From the NCBI GenBank assembly GCA_030295235.1, contig AP026124.1, forward strand, positions 930,001-994,000: a stretch of 64,000 nucleotides of DNA, written 5' to 3'. Below the pieces are notes generated by a model that was not told the origin of the DNA, did not search any database, and saw only the letters and a program-made list of their open reading frames with translations. The position numbers and the translations under genes are program-made. Position 1 is the first letter of the stretch. Each line of letters opens with the position of its first letter. This stretch comes from Fistulifera solaris. Lineage: Eukaryota. Below are positions 13,738-26,007 of the stretch, one piece after another.

Positions 13738-14879
13738 ATGGGTACAGAGACTGATTATCCCCAATTGACGAAAGGTCTCATCATGGAGGTCATCGATCGC
13801 GTGTGTGATCGTTTGAACGTCGAAAATACCAAGTGGCAATTGACCCGCGATATTCGTCTCGATCTCAAAGATGGAGGCGATTATCTGTATGGTTTGGTTG
13901 CCAAGGCACCCGAGGGCACTGACATGACGGATATTTTGACAACGTTTTATTTGGCTTACTCGACATGGAATGGACGCGTTTTGTACATTGACGAAAGATA
14001 TCGAGGCGCAGATAACGTGCTTAAACTACACTTGCGCCGCGCTTTGGCTTGTATCGCTGTTCAGCTGCAATGTAATCGACTCACTTGGCAACACTATGCC
14101 GAAGATGACGGCGAGCCATTCTATCCGGAGAGTACCATACCTGAGACGCTCCATGGCTGGTTGACGTTGCACTGGCAGGCTGGTAGCATGCGCTCTTTTC
14201 TGAGCAAGCATGGCATCTCAATCATGTCTCAAGATAACGGCGTCCTCAACTTGGAAGACACTATCTCAAAGGTGCTGGGAAATATTCGTCACGAATCGTA
14301 TCAAGTTCGGCTGGCCACCGAAGAAGACCTGCCTCACATCTGTCGGCTGGTGCAAGGACTGGCAGACTTTGAGAAAGAGTACGACGCTGTTCATGTCACT
14401 GCGGAACATTACCGCGCTGATGGGTTTCGCTCCAAGAAACTGTTTCACTGCTTGCTCCTGGACCATGTCAGCGCAGATAAGGAGATTTACACATGCGGCA
14501 TGGCTTTTCACTATCTTGGAGCGACTGCGAATGACGGTCTTTTCTTATATCTTGAAGATCTTTTTATCGAAGAACAGTATAGAAAGAACGGTGCAGGAAC
14601 TTTGTTGATGAAAGCTTTGGCATCCGTCGGGTGTGTCCTAAATTGCAGTCGACTTGTATGGCAGGCATTGGTGAGTAAAAACAGAATTTTTTGCCTTTCT
14701 TTTTTAAAAAAAGAATCACGCTCATAATCGCCTTCTTTCAGGATTGGAACACGCCAGCACTGGCATTCTATGGAAAACTGGGGGCAAAGGTTGAGGAAGG
14801 ACTTCTCACAACTCGCTACATGAATGAAGCACTGGATGCGTTTTGCGCTAGTCCTCAAGGTAGTAATAGGCTCAATTAG
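13738..14879 (+). CDS. Tandem-domain GNAT, diamine/polyamine N-acetyltransferase (SSAT)-like; intron 14671-14741
   Basis: Domain 1: YSTWNGRVLYIDE..RLTWQ. Domain 2: VRLATEEDLPHI..LADFEK..LYLEDLFIEEQYRKNGAGTLLM..WQAL|DWNTPALAFYGKLGA. Confidence 0.85.
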
Positions 14880-15427
14880 ATAATATGTTCAATTAAAGCC
14901 TTAGAATAGCGCTTGTTAACCGGAGCAAGTTGTCAAAGCAATGAGATGCGGGCATGACTAATGACTGAAATCTAGTCTTGGTGAAAAATGACAAACACTA
15001 TAGCCTATAGTAAAGTTTGAGATGCAGTATGAGGAAACTTATCGGGCTACTACTTGTAGTAATTAATCAAAAAAATCCATTATTACAAGTGAAGCGACGG
15101 ATAAGTGTATTAACATTTCTTGTTTAAGGCTGCTATTGGTTGTTTAGGATAGAAGTGTTTCTTGTTGGAACTTTGAGGTGCGGTCGACGGACATACGTTG
15201 CGCACCCCGCGCAACGCGCAAAATTTAGCAGCCCGCAAAGCCGCATCTAAATCGAATCATGACATAATAAAATAACGCGATGATCATTAATGATCAATGC
15301 GGTCAATCATAATTCTTCGTTGCATCTACTCTTTCGTATCCCAGTCGTATAAGAGACGGTGTTTCGCTTCATTTTCGATAGAGCGCAAAGGTCGCGTCAT
15401 CTGCTTTAAAATTGTAATTTTACGGAC

Positions 15428-16781
15428 ATGTCGTCGACGTTCAAGCGAAGAATTACGTCAAACAATCAAGTCTTTCAACAATTAGAAGGAACGAGACCTA
15501 CCACAACTCCCGGTATAACGTTTACATCTACCGGCTTGCGTGACTTGGATCAGGTTCTGTCTGGAGGTCAGCCTTTGACAACATGTATATGGTTAGAAGA
15601 AGATCGATGGACATGCAGTCTTGCTCGCTGTCTGGTTCAATATTGGTGTGCTGAGGTAAGTCTTTTGAAAAGAATGCAATCTTTGACTGATTATTTATTT
15701 AAGTTCTTGTAACATATTCTCACTGTTTTGATAGGCTTTATCGCAAAATCAGCTCATCGTCGCTCCAGTAGAATTGGATGACGGCGATAGCCCTCTACTG
15801 GGGCCAATATCTTGGTGCCTCGACGAAAGAGAGCAGTTGGAGGCACCATCTCCACCATCTTCATCCTTGAAACGAGTGAAAGATCTATTGGCTGCATTAC
15901 CACGCAATTTAAACAAAGACAAGGACATCAAGCAACAAAGGATTTCCGGAGACGACCAAGCTGAAGTACTTTTGGAAACTTTGGAGGAGGAAGAGGAGGA
16001 CGAAAATAATGACGAACCACCAGACACAGCAGACGATGGTTTAAAGATTGCGTGGCAGTATAAGGAATCTGTTCAGCGCGAACGAATGGGGCATAATGAC
16101 GCGTCTCGAGGAGTCTCCTCACCTCGCTCCTCGCCGCCTGCCAACGTTTTCTGCCATTCTTACGATCTACAGGGCCATTTATCGAATCAGATGGATACCG
16201 AGCAGAACGTGTTATTTCCAGAGATCCAGTTCCGTTGTCCTGGCTGTTCCTATCCTCAACAGTGCTGTGGATTCGCTTATTATAGGAAATTGAAAGATCA
16301 GCTTCAATCGCTACCAACTTCGAAAGTACAGCGTTTGCTGCTGTATTACCCCGATCTGCGTGTCTTACACACGGCGCTTCCGTTACTGGTCTCCTTTGTT
16401 CGAAGCAGGAAACTCCCCGTTGTTGTCATGGTTGTTGTGCAGCCGTGGACGACATCAGTTTCGACGAATGTACTACGTCGAGGATGCGATTATGTTCTTG
16501 CTGCGGAATCCTTTGTATCTCGTCAACAATATCCCCCTCCACCTGAATTTCGACGGTTCCAAGGTCTCTTACATGTCCTAAAATCAGCACACAAACGGCC
16601 AATTTCAAATATATATGGCTTGAAGAGAGATAGAAGGAAGCTCTTTATTGAATTGTTGCATATTCCACCCGAAGACTACGCCGCGGGAGGAGGATCCACT
16701 GGTAGCGGGGTTCGCTCAGGGGCGGGACGTTCTTCAAGTGGATTAGGCTGCAGTTCGAGTGGCAGCGCACTGGACTTTTAG
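15428..16781 (+). CDS. ELP4: Elongator complex subunit 4 (PAXNEB); intron 15656-15734
   Basis: STGLRDLDQVLSGGQPL..WLEED; LKIAWQY; FCHSYDL; LKRDRRKLFIELLHIPPE; terminal GC...LDF. Confidence 0.88.
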
Positions 16782-17596
16782 TATGCCAAGCATTGACGCC
16801 TGACGTCTGACACCTGCTTTCTTAAACTATTGAAACTCAAGTATTCAGAAGCATCTATCAATTATCAATTTCGGATCGTATGTGCATCGTACATTCCACC
16901 TACTAAGCTCTAAGACGTCTTTGTTTATTGCCTTCTACGTTTTATGCGGTGCTCTAAAATCTAGGAACTAGCAACACTAAAGGAACTTTATTGTTTTCCC
17001 CAGAATCGTCTGAAAATTGTAGGGAACGCACAGAAGAGGGTGGGAGGGCGGCGGAGATGTCCAACTGCCACAAGCCACAACAGCAACCACAACCACAACC
17101 ACCAAATATCTAATATTAAGGTGCAGTTTACAAGTGTAAGTCGATCTCGACGACGGCAAAAATTTACTAGTGAGTAATGGAAAAATTAAGCCATAAACAA
17201 GAAGGGATTAAGATTAAAGATTGTTGATTGTTGATCATAGATGGTAAAAGGTACAACTGCGGACTTGAGGAAGAAAGAAGCATTCGTCGTTTAACCGTTC
17301 CCTACTTTTCTGGTCAGTCAAGAATTGCATATCTGTTGGAGTGTAGGACAAGTTAACTCCGCTCGCCGCGCCCCCAAAGGAGTATTTTGGGAGTATATTC
17401 ATTCGGTCATAATGGAATCGAACGTCGGAGTTTCTCGTTTACTACAAGCTACAAGCGAACAAGCAAACAACAAACAATAAACTTTCTCACATCGCACATC
17501 GCGCCAACAATCCTCTCACTATACCCTTCAGCCTTCAGTAATCAGCGAGCAACAGCACTGACCACTGACCTTGACTACAAGCATCTCCATTAAAAG

Positions 17597-18160
17597 ATGA
17601 TCCATCCATCACAAGATGATTTAAGCAGTGCTCCCGTTGAGTCTGGCAACGACAACGCAATCGACAGGGAAGAACTTCAGGGCAAATCCGAACCTCTAAG
17701 GCACGAACGTGACGAGGCTCAGAAGTCGAAAATTGAGGTTTGGGTACAACGTATCAAGATAGACGCAGTTCACGTATGGCAAGTGGACGATCTCATCAAG
17801 TACTTGAGACCCCAGGAGCTAAGCAAGCTACAAAACGGCTTCGTTCGATCCACCATGTTGTGGGTGTTAGAGCAAATCAACAATCCTGACGGAATCTCGG
17901 ATGATAAACTTGAAAAAGTGTACGAGTTGTACGTCAAGCAGTTTTGCGAAATAGCCAGCATAATGGGAAAGAAGAAAAAAACACAGAAAATTCGGCAGGC
18001 TATCCAGAAGTACGAAAGGCATTTCCGATACGGTTCAGATGATGCCAATAGCGTGAGTTCATTGCCGAGCTTACTGAAAGAAATATCAGCCCTTGATAAC
18101 GGACAAGACATTGTCTTCCACTTTCTATGCCAAAGACCTGATATTCTTCATTCGAGATGA
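17597..18160 (+). CDS. Hypothetical 187-aa protein, no recognised family
   Basis: Intact ATG-initiated ORF with protein-like, helical and charged composition in an otherwise ORF-poor segment. Confidence 0.45.
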   Translation: MIHPSQDDLSSAPVESGNDNAIDREELQGKSEPLRHERDEAQKSKIEVWVQRIKIDAVHVWQVDDLIKYLRPQELSKLQNGFVRSTMLWVLEQINNPDGISDDKLEKVYELYVKQFCEIASIMGKKKKTQKIRQAIQKYERHFRYGSDDANSVSSLPSLLKEISALDNGQDIVFHFLCQRPDILHSR

Positions 18161-19717
18161 TCCCAGTTAGTTTAGAAGCTATAATTTACAAGATAAACCG
18201 ATACAGTCTCATTATAATTTGCGGGCTTCCGCGTATCTTTTTGTCGGTCTAGCTAGTTTATATTTGTGGCTCGTAGCGCTTAATTTGGTGTTGCTCGGAA
18301 AAGCTACCATTGACGTTCTAGTATCTGGCAAGTAGCAAGTGTGGCAACATTCTCGGAAATGTTTTGGTTTTTGGTTTTTGGGTTTTGGTGCTATCGTTGG
18401 TTTACCAAATGCGGTCAACGGCAAAATACCAGGTAACCCTTGCGGCTGTGATGTGAATACCGGATGAGGCTTTTTCCTGTTCTGCCGTACCATACGTCAA
18501 GCAAGATTCACCCGCACCCTGCACACCACAAAAGTACCAGTAGCAAAAACGCAGATCGGAATGATCGGAATGGACGATGATTATAGTCGCCCATGCATGG
18601 TAATCTTGGGCTGCGTTTCATTGTGACCTCCTGCTATAAACATCATGCACTGCTGCTGGTAGAAGTTTCGATCTGACCGTGAGATAGTCGTTAGTACAGT
18701 TTTTAAAAAACCAACGCCGCGTGGAAAATGGCGCTCCAAAAGGGGAACGTAGTAGATATTCTGGTGTCTACGGCACAGGCTTTGCAATGTGGAGCGACAA
18801 GTCGTTACGGTCAAAATGATTGCTTTATGTAGCACTCTGTCAAAGTTACGCGAGTACGAGTGCCTGCGTTCTCGTCCCTGATATCCAGGATCTTACGAAG
18901 AAGTTGGTGTGAGTATATAAAGAGTTCTCGTCAGTCTTAACGCACCGAAGTATCATAGGCGTTACCCTTCAATTTCGAATGGCTTAAGAGGAGAGCTCGA
19001 AAGTAATGGCAAAATGTTGTTACATCGTTCACTCCGGTCGTTCGCATAATTGCGAGGGTGTCAAGGTCTTCGAAGAGAACAATTAAGTCGGCGTTTATAC
19101 CCAGTGCTTTTCTAATTTCCGTGAACTCACACTGGACCTGTCTGTCGTTACATTTTCTTAGGCTATCTCGTTCAACTTACGATTAATCGTCACAGCTTGA
19201 ACATCCAGATTACCTCACATGTACCTCGACACGATTTCCGTCGATAGACAGATGGACTAAAGGCGGCTTTTCTTATTGTCATTTCTTGTACTGCCGGGCG
19301 CAGTCACCAAGGCTTAACTCGTTATTCAGAGTGCCTCGCTATTTCTTGCATCAAGATATTGGTCGGTCCTAGAAGCTAATCTGTTTTCGGATTCACCATT
19401 TATTTTGAGATGTCACATTCTAGATCTTTAGGACCATTCAGTTTGTCTTGCTACACATCAAACCCTTCGAATATCAAAAATTGCTACAGCTATACTTCTA
19501 TTTGATCTATAGTTGTAGATACTAAAGTTTTTACTGGTACCGATGCTGACGAGCGTGATGTTCGCCAAGTAATTGACATTTCCGAATCAGCACTCCGTCA
19601 TCCAAGAAGCAAATAAAGGGAACGGAGTCCGAGCTCATGTCTACACTATCCGACTCCATAAATCAATCAAAAGAGAATGCAAGCACACAACAAGCAATAT
19701 TATGCCTACCAACACAA

Positions 19718-20008
19718 CTAGCAATAATCCATCAACTGCTCCGCGGCTACCTTTGTTATGTGATGAGGTTGTATCACCACCGCATCACCAGCATTTATAG
19801 ATTCGTCGATGCAGCTTTCTTTCTCACATTCCGCCTCGACTGCCGCCTTTTGATGCAACGTACGTACAAAAGTACGTAGTAATTCTCCAGTGAGCAGGAC
19901 CGCTTCATTGGTGATCCGCTTTCCATCCTTGGGCAGAACGATCTTCTTTGTGAGACCCGCGTGAAACGGCTCCTTCGACGAGAGATCTTTCAGCGTATTA
20001 CTCTTCAT
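19718..20008 (-). CDS. CENPX: CENP-X/MHF2 histone-fold protein
   Basis: RITNEAVLLTGELLRTFV..AAVEAE..IQPHHITKVAAEQLMDY resembles CENP-X (..DAL.L..ELLK.FV.EA..R...LEK.LPQLLLDF); 96 aa. Confidence 0.7.
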   Translation of the reverse strand: MKSNTLKDLSSKEPFHAGLTKKIVLPKDGKRITNEAVLLTGELLRTFVRTLHQKAAVEAECEKESCIDESINAGDAVVIQPHHITKVAAEQLMDYC

Positions 20009-20381
20009 TTGAATGGATGAAGCTGACTACGTCGGTTTTCTTGCGCTCGGTAAAACTATTTTCTATAATGCTTTGGCGCCTTTTTATTTCGAGGTATGAT
20101 GGCCTGTGGCCTGTGTGTCTTCTTTCATCGCATCATTGTTGTCACTTTTTATCACGAAAAAAACGCTGTCGACCAAAGAGTTAACGCGAGTTTCGAAAAA
20201 TATCCCACCGGTGCATTTAGCAAACAATGAAGTATAGTGCAGAAGTGTAGATCCAGTCCCGCAAATGTCGCATCGCCGTCTTTTTCGTTGCGAAGACTAT
20301 GATATTATAATAACACAATAAGGGAACTTAACAACTTATCGTCTCTTTTGCAAGATATGTTAAGCATTACATTCAGCAGAA

Positions 20382-21605
20382 ATGAGTAACGTCAAGGATA
20401 TGCCTCAACGTGCACTAGCAGGATCAAAAAGATTCCCCGTCGCGGTCTCCATCGTTGGCTTGGGTTGTTCGTCGTTTTCGACATTCTTTTGGTCTCCCGA
20501 GGAACTTCAGCAAAGTCTATCCGACTCCACGAAAAGTTGGTCCGTCAACGACCTCGACCGCAATCATCCACGCGTTCAAGAGTGGATTCGCACCATTCAT
20601 TTCGCTTTAAAACAAGGTATCACGTATCTCGATACGGCTCCGTGGTACGGTCACGGAACTTCGGAAGTTGTCATTGGCTGGGCACTTGAAGCTATCGAAC
20701 ATTTTGATCGTTCTTCCATTCAGATTAATACCAAAGTCGGAAGATACGAAGCGGATCCTTCCAAAATGTTTGACTTTTCTCGAGAAAAGACCCAAAAGTC
20801 CGTTGAGCTTTCGTTGCAGCGAATGAAATGCGGTTACATTGATATCTTACAACTGCATGACCCGGAATTTGCACCGACGTTGGATCAATTGCTGGAAGAA
20901 ACGATTCCCGTTATGCTCGAGTGTCGAAAAGCGGGACGATGCAAAGCGCTGGGTCTCACGGGATACCCGTTGCATGTTCAGCATTTGGTTTTGCAACGAT
21001 CGATGGAACGATTTGGGGAGAATATTTGGGACCAATCGTTGACGTATTGTCACTACAATTTACATGATCAGAGTCTTGTAAACCAACCTTTGTCAACGAC
21101 AAGCTTAGCTTTCCTAGAATCCTGTCAACAGCAGGGCATGGTTGTATTAGCAGCAGCTCCTCTTTCCATGGGCCTCTTATCGAACCAAGGACCACGCGAT
21201 TGGCACCCCGCGTCAGCAGAACTGAAAGAAGCCTGTCGACGCGCTGTTCAAATATGTCAACAGGAAGGAATCGACATTTCGAGATTGGCTTTACTGTTTG
21301 CTCTATCGAACGAGCGGGTTCCTTGTACCGTAGTTGGTATGAAAAATGAGGAAGAAGTCGAGCTTGTTCTCAAAATTGCGAAACGTATCGGACATGCAGT
21401 GGCTGAGGGCGCGAAGGATCAAGAAGATGTCTGGAAAGCGGTCCTCAACGATGCCGAACGTAGAACGTTGTCTCGTCTTTTGGATTTTTCGAATGGGCCA
21501 TTTTCGGATGTATTTAAGAGTGGTTTGTTTGAATGGGATGGCGTGGAAGAAGCATGGAATTTTTGGCAAGCACAAGACAAGAATATTGTCAAATGGCAAA
21601 GGTAA
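20382..21605 (+). CDS. Aldo-keto reductase, L-galactose/D-arabinose dehydrogenase-like
   Basis: LDTAPWYGHGTSE, TKVGRY, IDILQLHDPEF, LGLTGYPL and APLSMGLL. Confidence 0.85.
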   Translation: MSNVKDMPQRALAGSKRFPVAVSIVGLGCSSFSTFFWSPEELQQSLSDSTKSWSVNDLDRNHPRVQEWIRTIHFALKQGITYLDTAPWYGHGTSEVVIGWALEAIEHFDRSSIQINTKVGRYEADPSKMFDFSREKTQKSVELSLQRMKCGYIDILQLHDPEFAPTLDQLLEETIPVMLECRKAGRCKALGLTGYPLHVQHLVLQRSMERFGENIWDQSLTYCHYNLHDQSLVNQPLSTTSLAFLESCQQQGMVVLAAAPLSMGLLSNQGPRDWHPASAELKEACRRAVQICQQEGIDISRLALLFALSNERVPCTVVGMKNEEEVELVLKIAKRIGHAVAEGAKDQEDVWKAVLNDAERRTLSRLLDFSNGPFSDVFKSGLFEWDGVEEAWNFWQAQDKNIVKWQR

Positions 21606-21642
21606 TGATGAATAATGCCTCGATTTCTATGATATTGTTGCT

Positions 21643-23926
21643 CTAATCTACCTCTTCCACACTTGGGCCGTCATCGACGCCATCGAGGTCTTCTCCCATA
21701 AAATCATCGTCGGCGTGAGAACCGGAGGCCGTCCCTGCACTTTCGTAAGCTTTTTTGATGATCGGGTTGACAATCGCTTCAACTTCTTTTTGTTTATTGT
21801 CGTATTCAGCTTTTTCAGCAGCAGGGTGGTCCTCTAGCCATACCAAAGCGGCCTCCACCGTTTTAGACAGCGTTTCTCGATCATCCTCATTCAATTTCCC
21901 TGAAAGCGAATCACTAATTGAATTTTTCAAGTTGTACAAATAAGCTTCCAGTTCGTTTCTGGCCTGCACTTTTGCCCTTTCCGCTTCGTCTTGCTCGGCA
22001 AATTCTTCGGCTTCTTTTACCATTCTCTCGATCTCGTCCTCGGACAAACGGCCTTTTTCACTCGTGATGGTCAACGTCTCGGACTTGCCAGTCCCTTTGT
22101 CAGCTGCAGAGATACTCAGAATACCATTGGCATCAACATCGAAGCTCACTTCAATTTGTGGCACACCTCGGGGAGCGGGAGGAATGCCACCAAGCTCAAA
22201 CTGGCCTAGAAGTCGATTCGACTTTGTCATACTTCGTTCGCCTTCAAAAACCTGGATGTTCACACCAGGCTGGTTATCTGCGTAGGTTGAGAACACTTGA
22301 GACTTTTTGACAGGAATTGTTGTACCGCGTTTGATCAGTGCTGTCATTACTCCACCAGCAGTCTCAATTCCTAGTGAGAGCGGCGCAACATCTAAGAGCA
22401 GCACATCTTTTGTCGCCTCGGAAGCGTGACCACTGAGAATACCGCCCTGAACGGCAGCACCGTAAGCCTGTTTGATAATAAGCACAGATGAGAAAATAGG
22501 GCTGGCTTATCATTTGCCACAACACACAAATCTTGAGCTTCGGAAGTAACTTGATCATCAAGAGACACCTGAAGGTTTTGTCCGGTAACTACATCGGCCT
22601 TCAGGATCGCACACAGTAGCCAAGCGTTACGGGTTATCGTCATCAACTCAATAAAGAAGCAAAATACATGAACGCAACGTACCACGGCTTCATCTGGATT
22701 GATTCCTTTGTTCAAAACCTTGCCACCGAAATACTCCGTAAGCATTTCTTGAACTTTCGGTATCCTCGTAGATCCTCCAACTAAGATAATCTCGTCGACG
22801 TCGTTTTTGCTCATTCCAGCATCCTTCAAAACTTGCGTAACAGGGATCATTGTCTTTTGAATAGATCCAGATTCAATTCTTCGAACTTTGCGCGAGAAAT
22901 GGTCGTGGTGAAATCCACACCATTGGCGAGGGCATCGCAATCGATGGTTGCCGACGTTTGCGTCGAAAGAGTTCGTTTGGCCATTTCGCATTGCTTTCTC
23001 AGTCTTTGCACGGCCCGTTTGTCATCCGAAACATCAATACCGGACTGTCGTTTGAACTGGCTGATACAATACTCCATGAGTCTTTGATCGAAATCTTCTC
23101 CTCCCAAATGTGTGTTACCGGATGTCGCGCGCACTTCAAACACTCCATGATCGATAGATAGAAGCGTTACGTCAAATGTTCCTCCTCCCAAATCAAAGAC
23201 TAAGATGTTTTCTTCTCTATCCTGTTTGTCTAATCCGTACGCAATCGCCGCAGCGGTGGGCTCATTAATGACACGGTCAATTTGGAGGCCGGCAATCTTC
23301 CCAGCATCCTTCGTCGCTTGTCGCTGAGCATCGTTGAAGTACGCGGGAACTGTCACAACGGCATGCTTGACCTCACAACCCAAGTAGGTTTCCGCAGTCT
23401 CTTTCATTTTTCGCAAGACCATCGCACTGATTTCCTCCGGCGCAAACTCATATTTGCTGTGTTTCTGTTTCAGTTCGTTGTCTAGTTTCAATGTTGGTTT
23501 CCCGTCTTTACCAGCCGCTATTTCAAAGGGTAGTAGTTTCTTGTCTTCCTGAACCGTTCGATCTGTAAACTTCCTGCCAATGAATCGTTTTACATCAAAC
23601 AACGTCCCCGTAGGGTTGGAGGGAGCTTGGTTTTTTGCCGCATCTCCCACCAAGCGCGAACCGTCTTTGCAAAACGCCACATAGGATGGCGTGATACGAT
23701 GCCCTTGTTCGTTCGGGCACACGTCGACTCTCCCGTTCTTCCACACCGCCACACAAGAGTAGGTCGTTCCTAAATCAATACCGATGCAGGGTCCGTCGAT
23801 GGTCGAACCGGACGCCCCGCCCCGTAACTTCGCGACAGCATTTAAAGACTGTCTCGAGCCCCACAGGGAAGAGGCATTTTGTAGGAAGAAAAAAAGTAAC
23901 GTGGAAGTCAGCGATCGGGTGATCAT
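21643..23926 (-). CDS. HSP70: Hsp70 with N-terminal presequence and C-terminal EEVD (probable periplastid-compartment Hsp70); intron 22468-22682, frameshift near 22855
   Basis: [37 protein letters not shown] and [10 protein letters not shown] signatures; ends GPSVEEVD. Confidence 0.95.
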
Positions 23927-24242
23927 GATGATTTATTTATGAATGAATAATGCAAATGCTGCACGGCAGATTTTCGTTTTAAAAGAAAGTTCATCCCCCA
24001 ATTCCACGTGTACATACCTCACGGTGACCCTCTCTAGTATACAGATTGTTTGTAAGCAGTAAAAGGAGTGCGCCGTGGTAGTCATCTGTATTCCACGTGG
24101 AAACGTGTCCTTATTCGTCGCCATCTGCGGGACTTGTGAGATGCGATTGCGGTTCGCAAAATGTCGTCGTAGCTCGATAAATATCGGCAAAGTTACTCTC
24201 GGAAGCAACGGATCACTTTTGGTGCAAACGACACAGCCATCT

Positions 24243-24267
24243 AGAGAGAGAGAGAGAGAGAGAGAGA
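24243..24267. repeat. (GA)n microsatellite
   Basis: About 12 GA units. Confidence 0.9.
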
Positions 24268-24828
24268 ACTGTGTGAGCCAAAAGACTTAGTATTCGTGAT
24301 TGAAGCGAAATTGCAGTCGTGTCGAAAGGTCGCCTTCAGTTTGATCGTATAGTAAATTTTTGAGAAGGACAATCAGGGACGATTGTTACCTATACATTTG
24401 ATATTATTTGGGCAGCGGGATGAGTGTTTGCAAAATAGTTTTAACCATCGTTGGTGCGAGAGAAAATACTAGACTGAATTTCCGCGAACTAGAACATATA
24501 ACTAATGCAAAGTACCGGTATTCATAATTGAAGGCTGTACTTTGATAAGATAGTAATATTTCCGACTGCGAATAATTTTGCGGACGACTTTTGATCTTTT
24601 GCGAACAGTCTCGTCCGCGGATTTTTGTCACCTACTGGTACGGTACCTGGTACCTGATAAGAACAGCAAGTGCAATAGTGAAATGAATTTCACTTAGCGC
24701 TCTAGAGCCATTCTCCAGTGATGCACAAACATGTGAATGTTGTTTTTCATCCATTGAAACTGATTCATTGGAATTTTGTCATACCCAGTCGAAGCCGATT
24801 AGCGACGCCTTTGACTATCCGATATATT

Positions 24829-26007
24829 ATGACACACGAACCGAACTGTTCTTTGAATGCAGCCCCACCTCTACGACCGACCAACAGCTGGTGTGTCACC
24901 GCGGCGTGGGATGAAGTATCCAACAAAGTCATCTCTCAAAATGTCGACTATCCCTTTCAAACGATAAACGAAAAAATTTTGGACTTGACGACAAGTCCAG
25001 ACTGGATGGAGTATTTGGAGATTTCGGAACACAGATCGGAAGAGTCGGGCGGTGCGGGAGCGTACGATACCTTTCGTTGCGATTTGATCCTACAAGGCAC
25101 AGGTCAAAGACAATTGTGGCGCATATGGGGTCAGGACTTTCATTTGAATCGGATCGAAGAATCTTATCGGTCAATTGCAAAAGATGTTGACTCTGGCTCC
25201 TTGACGAACGCTCGAAACAAGTCAGAGTTGATTATTCAAGAACTTTTGATGAAAGCATCAACTTCGCCGACCTTACTTCAGTGCGAGAATATCAGTTCTG
25301 GCAATGCAATGTTTCAGCTGATTCGGATGACATTGCTGTGGTCGAGCACCAACGGCGAAATAACTGTACGGGGACATTCGTGTTGCTCCGGTTCGGCTCT
25401 ATTACTCGATGAACCTGTTCAGCCGATTGTAGTGTCAGTAGCAGCGAAGCAACATGGCAAGCAAATAGATATAGACACCGCCATGCCGTCTCGAGTGGAC
25501 GATCCTCGACACAAAGTTGCTTCGTGGACACGCTTACGTAAGCAGATGGAGCGTCCCGAAACGTACAAACCACCGGGTGTATCAGAAGTGTTGATGCTAC
25601 GATCAGCCAGGGACCATCAGCTCGAAGTGTTAGAAGGTCTTTCAAGCAACGTTTTTGTGGTCTACAAAGATGGGACGCTGCGGACTGCTACAGACGGTGT
25701 CCTTTTTGGATATGCTCGCCATTTGGTTTTGGAATGTGCAGAAAGTTGCGGGCTGCGCTTGGATCCTTTCAAATCGATTATATTGCAAGATGCGGAAGAA
25801 GGTTTATGGAAAGAAGCTTTCATTACATCGTCTTCACGACTCATTTATCCTATTTCGAAAATCATCATTCATAAAGACAACGAAATGGAGTTTAAAGACT
25901 ACTGGACGTATGAAAGCAATGGAGAGAAAGCAAAGTGGCAGCAGTTGCTGGATGAAATACTAAAAGGGCGGATGCCGAAATTACGGCAGTGTAACTACTC
26001 GGTATAA
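24829..26007 (+). CDS. Class IV (fold-type IV) PLP-dependent aminotransferase/ADC-lyase-like protein
   Basis: GAYDTFR, FHLNRI, LEGLSSNVFVV..LRTATDGVLFGYAR and EAFITSSSRLIYPI. The start at 24829 is inferred. Confidence 0.8.
   Translation: MTHEPNCSLNAAPPLRPTNSWCVTAAWDEVSNKVISQNVDYPFQTINEKILDLTTSPDWMEYLEISEHRSEESGGAGAYDTFRCDLILQGTGQRQLWRIWGQDFHLNRIEESYRSIAKDVDSGSLTNARNKSELIIQELLMKASTSPTLLQCENISSGNAMFQLIRMTLLWSSTNGEITVRGHSCCSGSALLLDEPVQPIVVSVAAKQHGKQIDIDTAMPSRVDDPRHKVASWTRLRKQMERPETYKPPGVSEVLMLRSARDHQLEVLEGLSSNVFVVYKDGTLRTATDGVLFGYARHLVLECAESCGLRLDPFKSIILQDAEEGLWKEAFITSSSRLIYPISKIIIHKDNEMEFKDYWTYESNGEKAKWQQLLDEILKGRMPKLRQCNYSV

Noticed and set aside
18355..18392. TTTTGG repeats as telomere-like sequence
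   Set aside because: Only about 4 irregular units, internal, and not a canonical TTAGGG array.
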